A stretch of 64,000 bases of DNA, taken from assembly GCA_002633005.1 (NCBI GenBank), contig NMRA01000394.1, positions 360,486 to 424,485 on the forward strand, given 5' to 3'. Origin of the DNA: Phoronis australis (lineage: Eukaryota; Animalia; Phoronida). The translations under genes and the position numbers were made by a program. The notes beneath the pieces were generated by a model. The model worked only from the letters and a program-made list of their open reading frames with translations. It had not been told where the DNA came from and did not search any database. Of the stretch, positions 62,478 through 64,000 are shown piece after piece. Each line of letters starts with the position of its first letter. Position 1 is the stretch's first letter.

Positions 62478-62636
62478 CTCAAAGTAGCCTTCTTAGTATC
62501 GGAAACCGATGAAAACAGTGTCCGATCAATGTCAGTACTGCGTTGGCAATGAAGAAGTCTGACTTATCGACTTCTCTGCCTCTGAGAACTGACTTATATG
62601 TACACCGCGCTGTGGGACTTCAGCATCATGTGACGT
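62478..62636 (-). promoter_or_regulatory. Putative promoter and non-coding first exon of the DEG/ENaC gene
   Basis: Minus strand has TATAAG at 62598-62593 and Inr-like TCAGAC ~30 nt downstream. An ATG-free ~85-nt segment ends in GAG|GTAAGA at 62478. TGACGT (CRE-like) lies at 62631-62636. The first coding exon has an upstream acceptor that needs a donor. Confidence 0.4.
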
Positions 62637-63809
62637 TTACATTTTTGTCCAAAACAAACTAGAGTAATAATTAAACAATTCTATGCAATCTCCTAGCGCT
62701 TGTTTGTCGCAAAAACGATTATCACTTAACTATAAAGATTTCAGCCATAAAAATACATCACGAGACACCAACATGGGATTGATCTAACACTGTATTTGTT
62801 TAATTTGTCATTAATTAGTCGATATCTCTAGGAGGCGTACAATGCATTCAGTTAGAGGACAAGAATAATCGGATATTGGTTGAAATTTCCAAAACCCTCA
62901 GTTGCGCAGCAGGACGCATAATATTTGTAACTGCAAACACGGATCACGATTGTGAACAATGATGAAAAGTTTAGGTATCCGTAGCGCGTGACTTTTCATT
63001 TTATTTTTTGAACAAAAGGATCGCTTTTCAGACTGTTTTGGGCAAGATGTAATAACGTCATCAACCACACGGAGGTGTGTATGTCGCAATGATAATAAAT
63101 GAAGAAGATTATGTGTGTCTGATCCCGTTGTCATAACACATTTCACAAATGCCTTTAAAGGGGCAGAGAACTCGCGCCTAACGTTGAAAGACTATCGTTC
63201 TATTCTAACTCGTATACCAAAAAACTAGTCTTTGCCATCTAGTAAAACTATATATTTCTGAAAGATAAAAATATGTTTTATATTATATGTGTTATATATA
63301 TGTGTCATTTATGTGTTATTACAATAAAACTTTTTAAGTAAAAATTCCATGCTTAAGAAAAGTACATTTCATAGTAAAATAATCCCTTGGTCGATTTAGA
63401 ACCTTTTTTAAAGGAAAACCTCACCAGTTACCGCAAAAACGATGTTAGGAATTGTCGATTAGCCTTTCGTTTGATTTCTACGACAATCTTAGGTATTCTT
63501 TGTAAAGATTGGAAGTCGTATTCGTCGTTGCATTACGCAAAGGGGGGGGGGNCTGCGACACGAGTGAGGATGAGTTGGGTTTCGGGGGCGGCTTGGACCC
63601 GGGGGAGACCCGGCCGGAAGCGTTGGGTGGCCCTGTACCATGCGATGCTCGGGTGGGAACAACTGCAGGTCTTACAGGTATGTTGGTGCCTGCACAGTTA
63701 TGTAGTGCAAATTCCCTTGTAGTTAAGGCATAGCAGTGTCTGGCAGGTGGGTGTGGTATGGTGTCATTAGTGGTGCCTGTAATGTACAGCAACCACAACT
63801 CCGGCTCTA

Positions 63810-64000
63810 TGGGAGCGCGGGCAGGCTCCGACGTAGCACTTAGGCGGGCCCCAGCCAATCTGCCGGAGACAGCGCGGGCAGGCTCCGACGTAGCACTTAC
63901 GCGGGCCCCAGGAAAGCTGGCAATTAGGCGGGCCACAGCCAAGCTGCCGGAGGCAGTGCAGGCAGGCTCCGACGTAGCACTTAGGCGGGCCCCAGCCAAG
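63810..64000. repeat. GC-rich tandem repeat (57/84-bp period), truncated by window end
   Basis: GCAGGCTCCGACGTAGCACTTAxGCGGGCCCCAG at 63821, 63878 and 63962. Confidence 0.85.

Overview
Eukaryotic, intron-rich, AT-rich genomic DNA. The repeat landscape suggests a marine invertebrate such as a hemichordate, echinoderm or amphioxus; this is inference only. Most ORFs in the six-frame track are spurious. By reading splice sites and phases I reconstructed two convergent protein-coding genes. (1) A 4-exon MARVEL-domain tetraspan gene (plasmolipin/CMTM/MAL-like, 176 aa) on + at 11356-20552. (2) A DEG/ENaC (amiloride-sensitive channel superfamily) gene with 13 coding exons (714 aa) on - at 54930-26414. 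The most unusual feature is in the channel's extracellular loop: a ~190-aa Gln/Thr/Asn-rich insert built partly from an 18-aa repeat and ending in an RKRR furin-type site. Introns and intergenic DNA contain many DNA-transposon relics (two THAP-domain remnants, a hAT transposase fragment, a HIRAN-like fragment, CA...TG elements with 5-bp TSDs, TTAA-flanked, Harbinger-like and Helentron-like MITEs). They also hold long hairpins, microsatellites, a tRNA-derived SINE head and a candidate Penelope-type minimal hammerhead ribozyme. No rRNA, intact tRNA or CRISPR array was seen.
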